A stretch of DNA of 8,318 bases from Naegleria gruberi. Lineage: Eukaryota. Location: assembly GCA_000004985.1 (NCBI GenBank), contig GG739073.1; one strand, written 5' to 3'. Shown in pieces: positions 7,961-8,318 of the stretch (position 1 is its first letter; every line of letters starts with the position of its first letter). The translations under genes and the position numbers were made by a program. The notes beneath the pieces are model-generated. The model was not told the origin of the DNA, searched no databases, and worked only from the letters and a program-made list of their open reading frames with translations.

Positions 7961-8318
7961 AGGAACTTTGTGCGATGAGATCATTAATCCGTAAACGATA
8001 GTCCAATAACACGATGTATCAGATTGCATCCAATGTTTCAAGTGTAATTGTGTCTTCTTTTTCTTTCGTACAAATAGCTGTTATCATGCAAAGCCAACCG
8101 ATATTACCAAAAGTGGAAATGACATCCTAGTATAAAATTGTGTTGTTTCCAAAGGTCTGATAAAGGACTCCATTGTCTTGTCTTTATTATATTCATTTCA
8201 TGTTCTCTTATAATAATGGTTAACTTTAGGCAAGTTTCGTCTAGGATTCATTTGATTGCAAATTATGATAATCCACACAGTCCAACAACTGTAAAGTTGA
8301 AAATTCAGTAAAGATAAT

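Noticed and set aside
7850-8041. A 63-aa minus-strand ORF in the 5' flank of the minus-strand gene.
   Set aside because: It is short, has no recognisable motif, and lies in a promoter-like AT-rich region. It is most likely a chance ORF, although a uORF or small protein cannot be excluded.
1-8318. A prokaryotic defence system, CRISPR array, mobile element or operon.
   Set aside because: There are no direct-repeat arrays, terminal inverted repeats, transposase-like ORFs or Shine-Dalgarno-led gene clusters. The architecture is eukaryotic: long AT-rich intergenic regions, TATA and Kozak contexts, a signal peptide, N/Q-rich low complexity, and a scaffold gap.

Overview
This window looks like AT-rich (~35% GC) eukaryotic nuclear DNA, most likely from a budding-yeast-like fungus, taken from a draft scaffold. 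Nothing in it resembles a prokaryotic defence or mobile system, and no CRISPR, tRNA or rRNA is present. The eukaryotic call rests on A-rich Kozak contexts, TATA-like boxes, ~650 bp ORF-free intergenic regions, an N-terminal signal peptide, N/Q/S-rich low-complexity coding, and a 4,029-N scaffold gap (2505..6533) that removes about half the window. Stop codons appear standard, since ORF1 ends on TAG at a family-appropriate length. Three protein-coding genes are supportable. (1) nt 2..1387 (+) is the 3' part of a gene open to the window's left edge, encoding a divergent adenosine/AMP-deaminase-family protein. The motifs HxGE, (R/K)xGHG, CPxSN and TDxDG are present in the canonical order. (2) nt 2061..>=2504 (+) encodes a secreted protein with a 23-aa signal peptide and 12 Cys in 77 aa, arranged as CxxGxY-type repeats. 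It runs straight into the assembly gap, so the rest of the gene, plausibly a long repetitive mid-region, is missing. (3) A minus-strand gene at 7644..6574 encodes an N/S/Q-rich N-terminus with a perfect (LSNN)x3 12-bp tandem repeat, then a leucine-zipper-like coiled coil, a lysine-rich basic patch and a C-terminal globular region. It is split by a single in-frame TAG at 7264-7266, and the downstream half has no ATG of its own. The long ORF-track entries of 1496 aa and 1360 aa are artefacts of translating N's. Observations worth a second look are the in-frame stop, the gap-interrupted cysteine-repeat surface protein, the altered catalytic motifs of the deaminase paralogue, and a palindromic CGCG element in the gene-2 promoter. 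None amounts to a new system on sequence evidence alone.
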